Source: Candidatus Dormiibacterota bacterium (GTDB lineage Bacteria > Chloroflexota > Dormibacteria > Aeolococcales > Aeolococcaceae). Taken from it: a stretch of 64,000 nucleotides of DNA. Below, one piece after another: positions 47,633 through 56,658 of the stretch. The stretch spans positions 29,249 to 93,248 of the forward strand of contig DATBPD010000009.1 of assembly GCA_036561525.1 (NCBI GenBank). The letters are read 5' to 3'. The notes beneath the pieces are model-generated. The model saw only the letters and a program-made list of their open reading frames with translations, made no database searches and was not told the DNA's origin. A program made the translations under genes and the position numbers. The number at the start of each line of letters is the position of its first letter. Position 1 is the first letter of the stretch.

Positions 47633-48534
47633 GCAAGCGCCAGATCGGCTTCCTGCTTCACCCCGGCGAGCACCACGCCGTCGAGCCGGCCGTCGCCCGC
47701 GCCCGCCAGCTCGGCTACGACGCCTGGGTGGAGGTCCGCCACCCGGAGAGGACGGTCGCGGAGCATGCCGCCGCCACCGACCTCCTGGTCACCATCGGCG
47801 GCGACGGCACCTTCCTCTACGGGGCACGCCTGGTGGCGCCGCACGGCATCCCGGTGATGGGCGTCAACCGTGGCCGTCTCGGCTTCCTCACCGACGTCGA
47901 GGTGGCCGACCTGCCCGGAGCGCTCGAGGCGTACGCCGCCGGCCGCTACCACACCCAGCCACGCTCGATGCTCGAGGTGATCGTCCCCGGAGACGACGCC
48001 ACCCCCCCGCTGCAGTCGCTGGCGCTCAACGAGGTGGCGGTCAAGTCGGGCGGCGTGGCGCTCGCCCGCATCCGCGTCGAGCAGGACGGCGAGCTTCTCG
48101 GCGAGTTCGATGCCGACGGCCTGGTCGTGGCCACCGCCACCGGGTCGACCGCCTATGCGTTCAGCGCCGGCGGGCCTCCGATCGACCCTCGGGTCCGAGC
48201 CGTGGTGGTGGTGCCCCTGGCGCCGCACGCGGTGATCAGCCGCGCCATCGTGCTCCCGGAGATGGTCACGCTGCGCATCACCGTCGAGCGTGGCCGGGTC
48301 AACGTCGCCGCTGACGGCAGCGGCGAGGCGCGCCTGCGTGACGGCGCCGAGATCATCGTGCGTCCCGGGCCGGAGCTGGCCTTCGTGCGTTTCGATGATT
48401 CGCCGTCATTCCTCAGCCGCTTGCGCGACAAGGTAAGATTCGGGCTGCCGCTCAAGGATCTCGAGCGCCCCAACCTGGTCCGACCCGTCGACGATGCGCA
48501 GGAGGGCCCCGGGGTCATCGAGGCGCGTTCGTGA
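47629..48534 (+). CDS. nadK: NAD kinase
   Basis: 'DLLVTIGGDGTFL', 'PVMGVNRGRLGFL', 'ATATGSTAYAFSAGGP'. The ATG overlaps the tlyA stop. Confidence 0.92.
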   Translation: MSKRQIGFLLHPGEHHAVEPAVARARQLGYDAWVEVRHPERTVAEHAAATDLLVTIGGDGTFLYGARLVAPHGIPVMGVNRGRLGFLTDVEVADLPGALEAYAAGRYHTQPRSMLEVIVPGDDATPPLQSLALNEVAVKSGGVALARIRVEQDGELLGEFDADGLVVATATGSTAYAFSAGGPPIDPRVRAVVVVPLAPHAVISRAIVLPEMVTLRITVERGRVNVAADGSGEARLRDGAEIIVRPGPELAFVRFDDSPSFLSRLRDKVRFGLPLKDLERPNLVRPVDDAQEGPGVIEARS

Positions 48535-50291
48535 GCCTCGTCGAGATCCGCATCCACGACCTTGCCGTGTTTGCCGATGCGCTGGCGCCACTGCCCGCCG
48601 GGTTCACCGCGCTCACCGGCGAGACCGGCTCGGGCAAGTCGGTGTGCATCAGCGCCCTGCGGCTGGCGCTCGGCGAACGGGTGGACGGCGACCCGGTCCG
48701 TGCCGGCAGCGAGACCGCTCGGGTCAGCGCCGTGTTCGATGAGGCGCCCGGGCCGGTGCGGGAGCGCCTCGCCTCGATCGGCATCCCCGCTGACGAGCTG
48801 ACCACCCTCACCCGCGACCTCAGTCGCGCCGGGCGCGGTTCCTGCCGCATCAACGGGGCGCTGGTTTCCCAGGCGGTGCTCCGCGAGGTGGGGGAGGCCC
48901 TCGCTGAGATCACCCTCCAGGGAGCGAGCCGCCGGCTGCTCCAGCGCAACCGGCAGCGCGACATCCTCGACATCGCGGCCGCCGCCGGCGATCTTCGTGA
49001 TGAGCTGCGCCAGGCGGTGACCGAGTGGCGCGCCGCGGTCATCGCCCTTGCCGAGGTGCGCCGCCGCCAGGCCGCCGGTGCCGCCGAACTCGAGGCCGCC
49101 GCCCAGCTGGTGACCGGCCTGGCCGATCTCGGCCTGGTCGCGGGGGAGGACGAGCAGCTGGCCAGCGAGCGGCTGCGGTTACGCAACTCCGCCGCCCTGG
49201 CTGCGGCCTCCGATGGACTGCGCCGCGCCGCCGGTGGCGACGATGAGCGTCCTGGCGCCGCGGACCAGCTCGCGCTCGCTGTCAGCGGATCGGCGGCGCT
49301 GAGCGGGATCGACGCCGGCCTCGACGCGCTCACCACGGAGGCGACGACTCTGCTCGAGGAGCTCCGCGACCTCGGCGCGGCCGCGCGGCGCCACAGCGAC
49401 TCCGTCCACCTCGATGAGAAGCGCCTCGCCCTGGTGGAGGAGCGGCTCGACCTGCTCGTCCGCGTACGGCGACGCCACGGCTCGCTCGAGCAGGCGCTCG
49501 AGGCCCTGGCCGCGGCCCAGGAGCTGCTCGGCGCCGGCGCGGACGGCGGCGCCCGCCTCACCGCGGCCGAGGCGCTGGCGGCCACGGCCCGGACGCGTGC
49601 CGGCGAGCTGGCCTTGAAGCTCTCCGAGCGGCGCCGCCTGGCCGCGCGCCGTCTCGAGAGCGACGTGGAGGCCGCCCTCCACCTGCTCGAGCTGCCGCAC
49701 GCCACCTTGCGCGTCGTCCTCGACCGCCGTGCCGACATGGACGGCGTCGAGGCCGGCGGTGCCCTGGTGCGCTGCGGTCCGGCCGGCATCGACGAGGTGG
49801 AGTTCCGCCTGGCCACCAACCGGCAGGCGATCCCCGCGCCGCTCGACGAGGGTCCGTCCGGAGGCGAGCTCTCGCGACTGGTGCTGGCGATCTCCGCATG
49901 CGTCACCGAGGCCGGCTCGCCGCTGCTGGTTCTTGACGAGGTGGACACGGGGATCGGCGGCGAGACCGCCGCACGGGTCGGCGACCTCCTCGCCGCCACG
50001 GGTGCTCACCGCCAGGTGATCGCCGTCACCCATCGCGCCGAGATCGCGTCCCGGGCAACCGGGCACCTCCTGGTGCGCAAGCGCGACACCTCCGCCGGCA
50101 CCGTGGCCGCACTGGTCGCGGTCGACGGCGACGATCGCCTCGCCGAGATCGCCCGGCTCATGTCCGGGCGGGTCACCGATGCCGCGCTGGCGCGGGCGAT
50201 GGAGCTGCGGGGAGAGGCCGTGCAGACCATCGCGGCCGCCCCGGAGCCCGCGCCGGCGCGCCGCCGCCGTCGCGCCCGAGCCGGCGGATGA
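48531..50291 (+). CDS. recN: DNA repair protein RecN
   Basis: Walker A 'LTGETGSGKS', a long coiled-coil, 'PSGGELSRL', 'LVLDEVDTGIGG'. tlyA-nadK-recN context. Confidence 0.93.
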   Translation: MSLVEIRIHDLAVFADALAPLPAGFTALTGETGSGKSVCISALRLALGERVDGDPVRAGSETARVSAVFDEAPGPVRERLASIGIPADELTTLTRDLSRAGRGSCRINGALVSQAVLREVGEALAEITLQGASRRLLQRNRQRDILDIAAAAGDLRDELRQAVTEWRAAVIALAEVRRRQAAGAAELEAAAQLVTGLADLGLVAGEDEQLASERLRLRNSAALAAASDGLRRAAGGDDERPGAADQLALAVSGSAALSGIDAGLDALTTEATTLLEELRDLGAAARRHSDSVHLDEKRLALVEERLDLLVRVRRRHGSLEQALEALAAAQELLGAGADGGARLTAAEALAATARTRAGELALKLSERRRLAARRLESDVEAALHLLELPHATLRVVLDRRADMDGVEAGGALVRCGPAGIDEVEFRLATNRQAIPAPLDEGPSGGELSRLVLAISACVTEAGSPLLVLDEVDTGIGGETAARVGDLLAATGAHRQVIAVTHRAEIASRATGHLLVRKRDTSAGTVAALVAVDGDDRLAEIARLMSGRVTDAALARAMELRGEAVQTIAAAPEPAPARRRRRARAGG

Positions 50292-50325
50292 ACGCCCTGG
50301 CCGCGACCGCCGGCTCGCGGATCCC

Positions 50326-50331
50326 TACCAT
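50326..50331 (+). promoter_or_regulatory. -10-like TACCAT, 9 nt before scpA ATG (leaderless candidate)
   Basis: TACCAT at 50326-50331, ATG at 50341. Confidence 0.3.
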
Positions 50332-50340
50332 GCTGGCGAG

Positions 50341-51096
50341 ATGAGTGACACCCCCGTGACCACACCGCCCGGCGTGTCCGAGGCCGAGCCTGCGGAGCGG
50401 TTCCACGTCGAGGTGGCCGGGTTCAGCGGCACCCTGGAACAGCTCGTGGTCCGCGCCCAGCGCGGTGAGGTCGACCTCGATGGCGTCGCTGTCGCCGAGA
50501 TAACCGGGCAGTATCGGGAACGGATGCAGGCCGCCGGCGAGCAGGTCGACCTCCGCGAGGTGGCCGACTTCCTCTCCCTGGCGGCGCGCCTGGTTGCCCT
50601 CAAGGCGGCGAGGCTCAACCCGAACCAGGCCGGGGACGAGGGTTCCGAGGACGAGGCCGAGGTGGATGACGCGGGCCGGCGCTTGAGCGAGTACCGCCTC
50701 TTCAAAGCGGCCGCCGAGGCGCTGCTCGCCGAGGCTGCGGAGGAGGGAACCCGCAGCTTCCTCGGCCTGGTGGCGCCCGAGGTCATCCCGGTCGAGCGCC
50801 TGCGCATCCCCCCGGAACGGCTGGCCGCGGCCTTCCGCGAGGTGCTGCTGCGCCTCGACGAGGCCGAGCCTCTGGCCGTGGGCGCGGTCATCTTCTCGGT
50901 CGACGAGAAGATGGCGCAGATCCGCGACCGCCTGCGTGGCGGGCGGCTCGCGTTCGAAGAGCTGTTTGCCACCGTGACCACGCGCCTCGAGGCGGTGGCC
51001 TGCTTCCTCGCCCTGCTCGAGCTGCTTCGCCTCGGTGAGGCCATCGTCGACCAGAAGGAGCCCTTCGGCCCGATCATGGTGCACGCCGGTGGATGA
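50341..51096 (+). CDS. scpA: Segregation and condensation protein A
   Basis: 'VEVAGFSGTLEQLVVRAQRGEVDLDGVAVAEITGQY', 'FLSLAARLVALKA', 'FLALLELLRLGE'. Confidence 0.88.
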   Translation: MSDTPVTTPPGVSEAEPAERFHVEVAGFSGTLEQLVVRAQRGEVDLDGVAVAEITGQYRERMQAAGEQVDLREVADFLSLAARLVALKAARLNPNQAGDEGSEDEAEVDDAGRRLSEYRLFKAAAEALLAEAAEEGTRSFLGLVAPEVIPVERLRIPPERLAAAFREVLLRLDEAEPLAVGAVIFSVDEKMAQIRDRLRGGRLAFEELFATVTTRLEAVACFLALLELLRLGEAIVDQKEPFGPIMVHAGG

Positions 51097-51748
51097 GCTC
51101 GGGCCGGGTGTCGCGGCGGATGACGAGACATTTGAGCTGGCGCTCGACGGGTTAGGCCGCGCCGTCGTGCCCGAGGGTGTGGCCGGGGCCGAGCCCGAGG
51201 ACCTCGCCGTTGCCGTCGAGGCGGTGTGCTTCTCGCTCAACCGGGCGGTGACCCTGGCAGAGGTGGCAGCGATCGTGGGACGGACACCGGCCGCAGTTGC
51301 CGGCGCCGCCGAGGCCCTCGCCGATCAGCTGCGCGGCCGCGGGCTGATGCTCCAGCGCCACGACAACCAGGTCCAGCTGGTCACCCGCCCCGAGACCGCC
51401 TGGGCGGTGCAGCGCGCTCTGCAACCTGAGAAGCCGACCCGGCTCAGCCGCCCCGCCCTGGAGACGCTGGCCATCGTCGCCTACCGCCAGCCGCTGACCC
51501 GCGCCGGCATCGAGGCGATCAGGGGCGTCAACTGCGAGGCGGTGCTCGACAACCTCGAGCGGCGCGGCCTGATCGTCGAGGTGGACCGACAGGAGACGGC
51601 GGGTCGCCCGAGGCTGTTCGGCACCACGCTGCGCTTCCTCCAGATCGTCGGGCTGGAGCGCATCGATGACCTTCCCCCGCTCGGAGAATCGGCCGAGATC
51701 GACCGTTTCGCGGTCAGCGCCGCGCCCGACGCCGGCGCCGCGCCGTGA
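51089..51748 (+). CDS. scpB: Segregation and condensation protein B
   Basis: 'LSRPALETLAIVAYRQPLTRAGIEAIRGVNCEAVLDNLERRGLI', 'GRPRLFGTT..FL'. GTG 51089 overlaps the scpA stop by 8 nt. ATG 51035 is less likely. Confidence 0.85.
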   Translation: MDELGPGVAADDETFELALDGLGRAVVPEGVAGAEPEDLAVAVEAVCFSLNRAVTLAEVAAIVGRTPAAVAGAAEALADQLRGRGLMLQRHDNQVQLVTRPETAWAVQRALQPEKPTRLSRPALETLAIVAYRQPLTRAGIEAIRGVNCEAVLDNLERRGLIVEVDRQETAGRPRLFGTTLRFLQIVGLERIDDLPPLGESAEIDRFAVSAAPDAGAAP

Positions 51749-52494
51749 CAGGCGCCGCCGCGAACGGCGGCGAGCGCCTCAACCGGTTCCTCGCCCGTCG
51801 TGGGGTTGCCTCACGCCGCGCCGCCGATGAGCTGATCACCGCCGGACGGGTGCGCGTCAACGGGGAGCCGGCGAAGATCGGCGCGCGGATCGACGCCGAC
51901 GCCGACGCCGTCACCGTCGACGGCAGGCGCATCCCGGCGACACGCCCGCAGCCGGTGACGCTGGCGCTCAACAAACCGGTCGGGGTGATCACGACGATGC
52001 ACGATCCGCAGGGGAGGCGAACGGTTGCCGACCTCGTGCCCGCCATCGCCGGGCTGGTCCCGGTGGGGCGGCTGGACGCCGACAGCCGCGGGCTGCTGCT
52101 GCTGACCAGCGACGGCGAGCTGGCCCACCGTGTCGCGCATCCCCGCCACGGGCTGCACAAGACGTATCGGGTCATCCCCACCGCTTCGCTGACCGACGAG
52201 CAGGTCCGCACCATGATCGCGGGCGTCGTGCTCGACGACGGAACGGCGGCAGCGGTCGATGTTCGCGGCTCGCCCGGCAGCGACGCGGTCGACGTGGTGA
52301 TGGCGGAGGGGCGCAAGCGCGTGGTGCGGCGCCTCTTCGCGGCGGTCGGCAATGGCGTCGCCGACCTCTGCCGGGTCGCGGTGGGACCGATAGCGCTCGG
52401 CGACCTTGGCGACGGCAAGAGCCGCAGGCTCGACGACGAGGAGGTCGCCGCGCTGCGGGCCGCGGCCGGGTCGGGGAGCGCGGCCGGCGCGTGA
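51745..52494 (+). CDS. rluB: Pseudouridine synthase, RsuA/RluB family
   Basis: S4 'RLNRFLARRGVASRRAADELI..GRV.VNG', catalytic 'VGRLDADSRGLLLLTSDGEL', and 'KTYRV'. Confidence 0.9.
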   Translation: MTGAAANGGERLNRFLARRGVASRRAADELITAGRVRVNGEPAKIGARIDADADAVTVDGRRIPATRPQPVTLALNKPVGVITTMHDPQGRRTVADLVPAIAGLVPVGRLDADSRGLLLLTSDGELAHRVAHPRHGLHKTYRVIPTASLTDEQVRTMIAGVVLDDGTAAAVDVRGSPGSDAVDVVMAEGRKRVVRRLFAAVGNGVADLCRVAVGPIALGDLGDGKSRRLDDEEVAALRAAAGSGSAAGA

Positions 52495-53186
52495 ACAACG
52501 GACGCATCGTCACCGTCGACGGGCCCGCAGGAAGCGGGAAGTCCACGCTCGGGCGGGCGCTGGCCAAAGATCTCGGCCTCCCGCTGATCGACACCGGGCT
52601 CTTCTACCGCGGTGTGATGGTGGCTGCGGTGCGCGCCGGGATCGACGGCACCGACCCGGAGGTGCTCGGCATGCTCGCCCGGCGAACGTCGCTGAGCGTC
52701 GACACCGACCCACGATCCGGCAGTGGCACCGTGCTGGTTGACGGCGTGGCCGCCGCCGCCCAGCTGCACGACCCCCGCCACGCCGCACTGCTGGCGGCGA
52801 TCGCCGGCGAACCTCAGGTCCGCGCCGCCGTCCTCGAGCTGCAGCGCCGCCCTGCACACGACGGCGCCGTCGCGGTCGGGCGCGACTGCGGCACGGTGGT
52901 CTTCCCGCGAGCGGCGGTGAAGCTCTATCTGGACGCACCGCAGGCGGTGCGCGAGCAGCGGCGCCTCGCCCAGCTGCGCGCCCGTGGCGCCAACACCGAT
53001 GGCAGCGCCATCCGCGCTGAGGTCGGTGACCGCGATCGATCCGATTCGCAGCGCACGGCATCGCCATTGCGCCGTGCTGATGACGCACGCGTCATCGACA
53101 CTTCCATGATGGGCAAGGACGAGATGATCGCGTACGCACTGTCCGTGTGCGCCGCTGCTGGGCTACACCCGCTCTCCGCGCGATGA
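52491..53186 (+). CDS. cmk: Cytidylate kinase
   Basis: 'IVTVDGPAGSGKSTL...LIDTGLFYR', 'GRDCGTVVFP', 'KLYLDA....R..RR'. Confidence 0.9.
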   Translation: MNNGRIVTVDGPAGSGKSTLGRALAKDLGLPLIDTGLFYRGVMVAAVRAGIDGTDPEVLGMLARRTSLSVDTDPRSGSGTVLVDGVAAAAQLHDPRHAALLAAIAGEPQVRAAVLELQRRPAHDGAVAVGRDCGTVVFPRAAVKLYLDAPQAVREQRRLAQLRARGANTDGSAIRAEVGDRDRSDSQRTASPLRRADDARVIDTSMMGKDEMIAYALSVCAAAGLHPLSAR

Positions 53187-53836
53187 GGTACGCGCTGCTG
53201 CGCGCGATCATGCGGCTGCTTGCCGCAACCATCCTGGGACCGCGGCTCCACGTCCAGGGACTCGACAACGTTCCCGCAAGCGGCGGAGCGCTGGTGGTGG
53301 GCAACCACATCAGCGCCGCCGATCCGCCGCTGACCGGCGCGCTGATCCCCCGCCTCGACGTGTACTACATGGCCAAGAGCGAGCACTTCGCCGGCGCTCG
53401 CTGGCGCTGGCTGTTCCGTGCCTTCAACGCATACCCGGTGGTCCGGGGCAGCGCCGACCGCACTGCGCTGCGACACACCCTGGGCCTGCTCCGCGACGGC
53501 CACATCGTGCTGGTCTACCCGGAGGGCTCACGATCCCCTGACGGTCGCCTCCGGGAACCCCAGCCGGGGGTCGGGTTCATCGCCCGCCACGGCGGCGTCC
53601 CGGTGATCCCGGCGGCGGTGTGGGGAACCGAGAAGGTGCTCCCCCGCGGCACCAACCGCATCCACCGCGGCGACGTCCACCTCCGCTACGGCCCTCCGGT
53701 GACCCTTCCCGCCTCCGGCCAGAGACCAAGAGCCGACAACCATGCGGCCGCCGCAGCGATCATGGACGCGATCTCGCGGATGCTCCCTCCCGAATACCGG
53801 GCGGCAGGCAGCGCCGCCGCGCCGCCCGCGGCGTAG
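53183..53836 (+). CDS. plsC: 1-acyl-sn-glycerol-3-phosphate acyltransferase family
   Basis: 'VVGNHISAADP' (HX4D), 'VLVYPEGSRS', 'VPVIPAAVWG'. The ATG overlaps the cmk stop. Confidence 0.85.
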   Translation: MRYALLRAIMRLLAATILGPRLHVQGLDNVPASGGALVVGNHISAADPPLTGALIPRLDVYYMAKSEHFAGARWRWLFRAFNAYPVVRGSADRTALRHTLGLLRDGHIVLVYPEGSRSPDGRLREPQPGVGFIARHGGVPVIPAAVWGTEKVLPRGTNRIHRGDVHLRYGPPVTLPASGQRPRADNHAAAAAIMDAISRMLPPEYRAAGSAAAPPAA

Positions 53837-53874
53837 CCTGCGCCCAGGCTGCTGGGCACAGCTCGGACGCTCCC

Positions 53875-53880
53875 TACAAT
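53875..53880 (+). promoter_or_regulatory. -10-like TACAAT, 6 nt before dinG GTG (leaderless candidate)
   Basis: TACAAT at 53875-53880, GTG at 53887. Confidence 0.4.
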
Positions 53881-53886
53881 CGGGCG

Positions 53887-56658
53887 GTGTCTGCGCCCAG
53901 CGAGTACGTCGCCTTCGACCTCGAGACCACCGGCCTGTCGCCGAAGAGCGACCGCGTACTGGAGATCGGCGCGGTGCGGTTCGACCTCGAGATGCGCCGG
54001 CTGCGCGAGATGGAGCTGGTCGTCGACCCCGGCGTGCCCATCCCGCTCGCGGTGCAACGCCTTGTGGGGCTGGATGCCGCCGACATCGAGGGTGCCCCCG
54101 CGCCCGTCGAGGGCGTCGCTCAGCTGGCGGACTTCTGTGAGGGCGCCGAGCTCGTCGCCCACGGCGCGGGCTTCGACATCACCTTCTGCGCCGGCCTTGT
54201 CCCGGCCGCCTTCGGGCGACGACGCGTGCTCGACACCCTCGAGCTGGCGCGCTGCTTGCTGCCGGTGGCCGCATCGCACAGCCTGCCGTTGCTCAGCGCA
54301 GCGCTGGCCATCGAGCACAAGCGGCCGCACCGCGCGCTCAGCGATGCCTCGGCGACGTACCTGCTCTTCGCCCAACTCCGGGCCGCGGCGGAGGCCCTGC
54401 CCGCCGGCGTTCTCGCCCAGATCCGCCGCGTCGCCGCGCAGGCGGGTGGCGAGCTTGGCCACTTCTTCGCTGAGGTTGTGCGCACCGATGGCGACCCGCA
54501 GCGGCGCTCCTGGGCCGGAGCCCAGCGCGGGGCTCCGCCGCCACCGCCGCCGACGGGGCCACCACCAGCGGACATCGTCGCCACCGCGACCGCCCTGCTC
54601 GGCCCGAGCGGTCCCCTCGCAGATGAGCTCGGCTACGAGCTGCGTGAGACGCAGCTGGAGATGACCCGCGCTGTCGGCCAGGCAGTGCAGCGTCGCCGCC
54701 GGCTGCTCGTCGAGGCCGGGACGGGGGTGGGCAAGTCGCTGGCCTACCTGGTGCCGCTGGCGCTGAACAGCCGCAACGGCCGGCGCGCGGTGGTGGCCAC
54801 CCGCACCATCACCCTTCAGGAGCAGCTGATGAACCGCGACCTGCCGATGGTCGAGCGCATCGTCGGCGCGCCGGTGCCGGTGGCGCTCCTCAAGGGTCGC
54901 AACCACCAGCTCAGCCTGCGGCGCTGGCACCGCTTCCTACAGTCTCCCGACACCGGTCCCCACGGGCCCGACCTCGACCGCATCCGCTTCAAGCTGAAGC
55001 TGCTGTCCTGGCTGGCCGAGACCAAGGACGGCGATCGTGGCGAGCTCCACCTCAACGGTGTGGACGAGGCACTCTGGCGGCATGTCGAGTCCGACGGTGG
55101 TGACTGTCTCGGCGCGGCCTGCGCCAACTGGCAGGGCAACCGCTGTTTCATGGTGGCCGCCCGGCGCACGGCTGAATCCGCGTCGATCGTGATCACCAAC
55201 CACGCCCTTCTTCTTGCCGACGCAGCCGGCGGCGGTCACGCGCTGGGCGAGCACGAGGTGCTGGTCATCGACGAGGCACATCACCTCGAAGAGGCCGCCA
55301 CCGACCAGCTCGGCGTCAACCTGCGCGCCGGTGACGTGCTGCTCGTCGTCGATCGCCTGGGCATCGCCGAGGGTGCGCTTGGCGCCGCCCTGGCGGCGGC
55401 CCGCGAGGCGGCGATCCGGCTGTTTGGCGACGTCAAGGGGCGGATCGGCGAGGTTGTGGGCGCCGACCACAGCGGCAACGCCATCGTCGGGCTCAGCGCC
55501 GAGGTTCGCGAGGGCCACGGACACCTGGTGCTGCGACGCTCAGCCCAGCACGCCGTCGAGTGCTGGCACACCGCCGCCGCCCGCCTGCGTGAGGAGGAGC
55601 ACGCGTCCTCCCTGCAGATCGACATGCTCCCACAGCCCGAACGCGCCGACCAGGAACGGCTGCTCGCCGCCACCGCCCTCGACGAGCTCGCCCTAGCGGT
55701 GGAGTGGGTGCTGCTCCGCCCGCGCGAGCAGCACGTGGCGTGGCTGGCGCTGCGCGCCGAGCAGGGCGAGCTCCACGAGGCGCCGGTGAGCGTCGCGGAC
55801 GCCCTGCGCGAGTCCGTCTTCACCCGGGCCGACACCGTGGTGGCCACCTCAGCGACGCTGGCCGTTGCCGGTGACTTCGGCTTCACCAGCACCCGGCTCG
55901 GGCTGGACGGGGCGGACGAGCTGCTGCTCAACTCCCCGTACGACTTCTTCGAGCAGGCGCTCTGCGTGCTCCCCGCCGACGTGCCGCCCTACGACGACCC
56001 GGAGTACGACCGCGCCCTGGCTACGCTGATTGGCGACGTCGCCGACCGGCTCGGGGGCAGCACCCTGGCTCTGTTCACCGGCTACAACCCACTCCGCCGC
56101 GTCCACGCGCTGCTCGGCCAGCGGATGGAGGCGAGCGGCATCGCCCTGCTGGGCCAGGGCCTCGACGGGACCCGCCGGCAGATCCTGGCCAGCTTCCTCG
56201 CCAACCAGCGCACCGTGCTGCTCGGCACCAGCAGCTTCTGGGAGGGCATCGATGTGCCCGGGGACGCACTCCGCTGCGTGGTTATCGCCAAGCTCCCCTT
56301 CGCGGTGCCCTCCGATCCCCTGGTGCGCGCCCGCACCCAGTCGCTGGCCGACCCCTTCGGCCAGTACATCCTTCCCCAGGCGGTGCTGCGCCTGCGCCAG
56401 GGCTTCGGCCGGCTGATCCGCCGCGGCAACGATCGCGGGGCCGTGGTTCTCTGCGACGAGCGTCTGCGCAGCCGCGACTACGGAGAGCGGTTCCTGCAGG
56501 CGCTGCCACCGGCGGCGGTCGCGACGCTGCCGGTGGCGGACGTCGGCGAGGCGGTGGCCGACTTCGTGCTCCAGCGCCGCGTTCCCGAGGTGACACAACT
56601 GGGCGCGTCGCACCGACAATCGGCGCAGGATCACCGTATGCACGAGGACCCCGCATGA
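53887..56658 (+). CDS. dinG: DnaQ-like 3'-5' exonuclease fused to DinG/XPD-family helicase
   Basis: Exo motifs 'AFDLETTGL', 'HGAGFDITF' and 'HRALSDA'. Helicase 'EAGTGVGKSLAYL', 'VIDEAHHL', 'TSATL', 'GTSSFWEGIDVPG', 'QGFGRLIR'. GTG 53887. Upstream ORF sequence from 53620 is read-through over plsC. Confidence 0.9.
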   Translation: MSAPSEYVAFDLETTGLSPKSDRVLEIGAVRFDLEMRRLREMELVVDPGVPIPLAVQRLVGLDAADIEGAPAPVEGVAQLADFCEGAELVAHGAGFDITFCAGLVPAAFGRRRVLDTLELARCLLPVAASHSLPLLSAALAIEHKRPHRALSDASATYLLFAQLRAAAEALPAGVLAQIRRVAAQAGGELGHFFAEVVRTDGDPQRRSWAGAQRGAPPPPPPTGPPPADIVATATALLGPSGPLADELGYELRETQLEMTRAVGQAVQRRRRLLVEAGTGVGKSLAYLVPLALNSRNGRRAVVATRTITLQEQLMNRDLPMVERIVGAPVPVALLKGRNHQLSLRRWHRFLQSPDTGPHGPDLDRIRFKLKLLSWLAETKDGDRGELHLNGVDEALWRHVESDGGDCLGAACANWQGNRCFMVAARRTAESASIVITNHALLLADAAGGGHALGEHEVLVIDEAHHLEEAATDQLGVNLRAGDVLLVVDRLGIAEGALGAALAAAREAAIRLFGDVKGRIGEVVGADHSGNAIVGLSAEVREGHGHLVLRRSAQHAVECWHTAAARLREEEHASSLQIDMLPQPERADQERLLAATALDELALAVEWVLLRPREQHVAWLALRAEQGELHEAPVSVADALRESVFTRADTVVATSATLAVAGDFGFTSTRLGLDGADELLLNSPYDFFEQALCVLPADVPPYDDPEYDRALATLIGDVADRLGGSTLALFTGYNPLRRVHALLGQRMEASGIALLGQGLDGTRRQILASFLANQRTVLLGTSSFWEGIDVPGDALRCVVIAKLPFAVPSDPLVRARTQSLADPFGQYILPQAVLRLRQGFGRLIRRGNDRGAVVLCDERLRSRDYGERFLQALPPAAVATLPVADVGEAVADFVLQRRVPEVTQLGASHRQSAQDHRMHEDPA

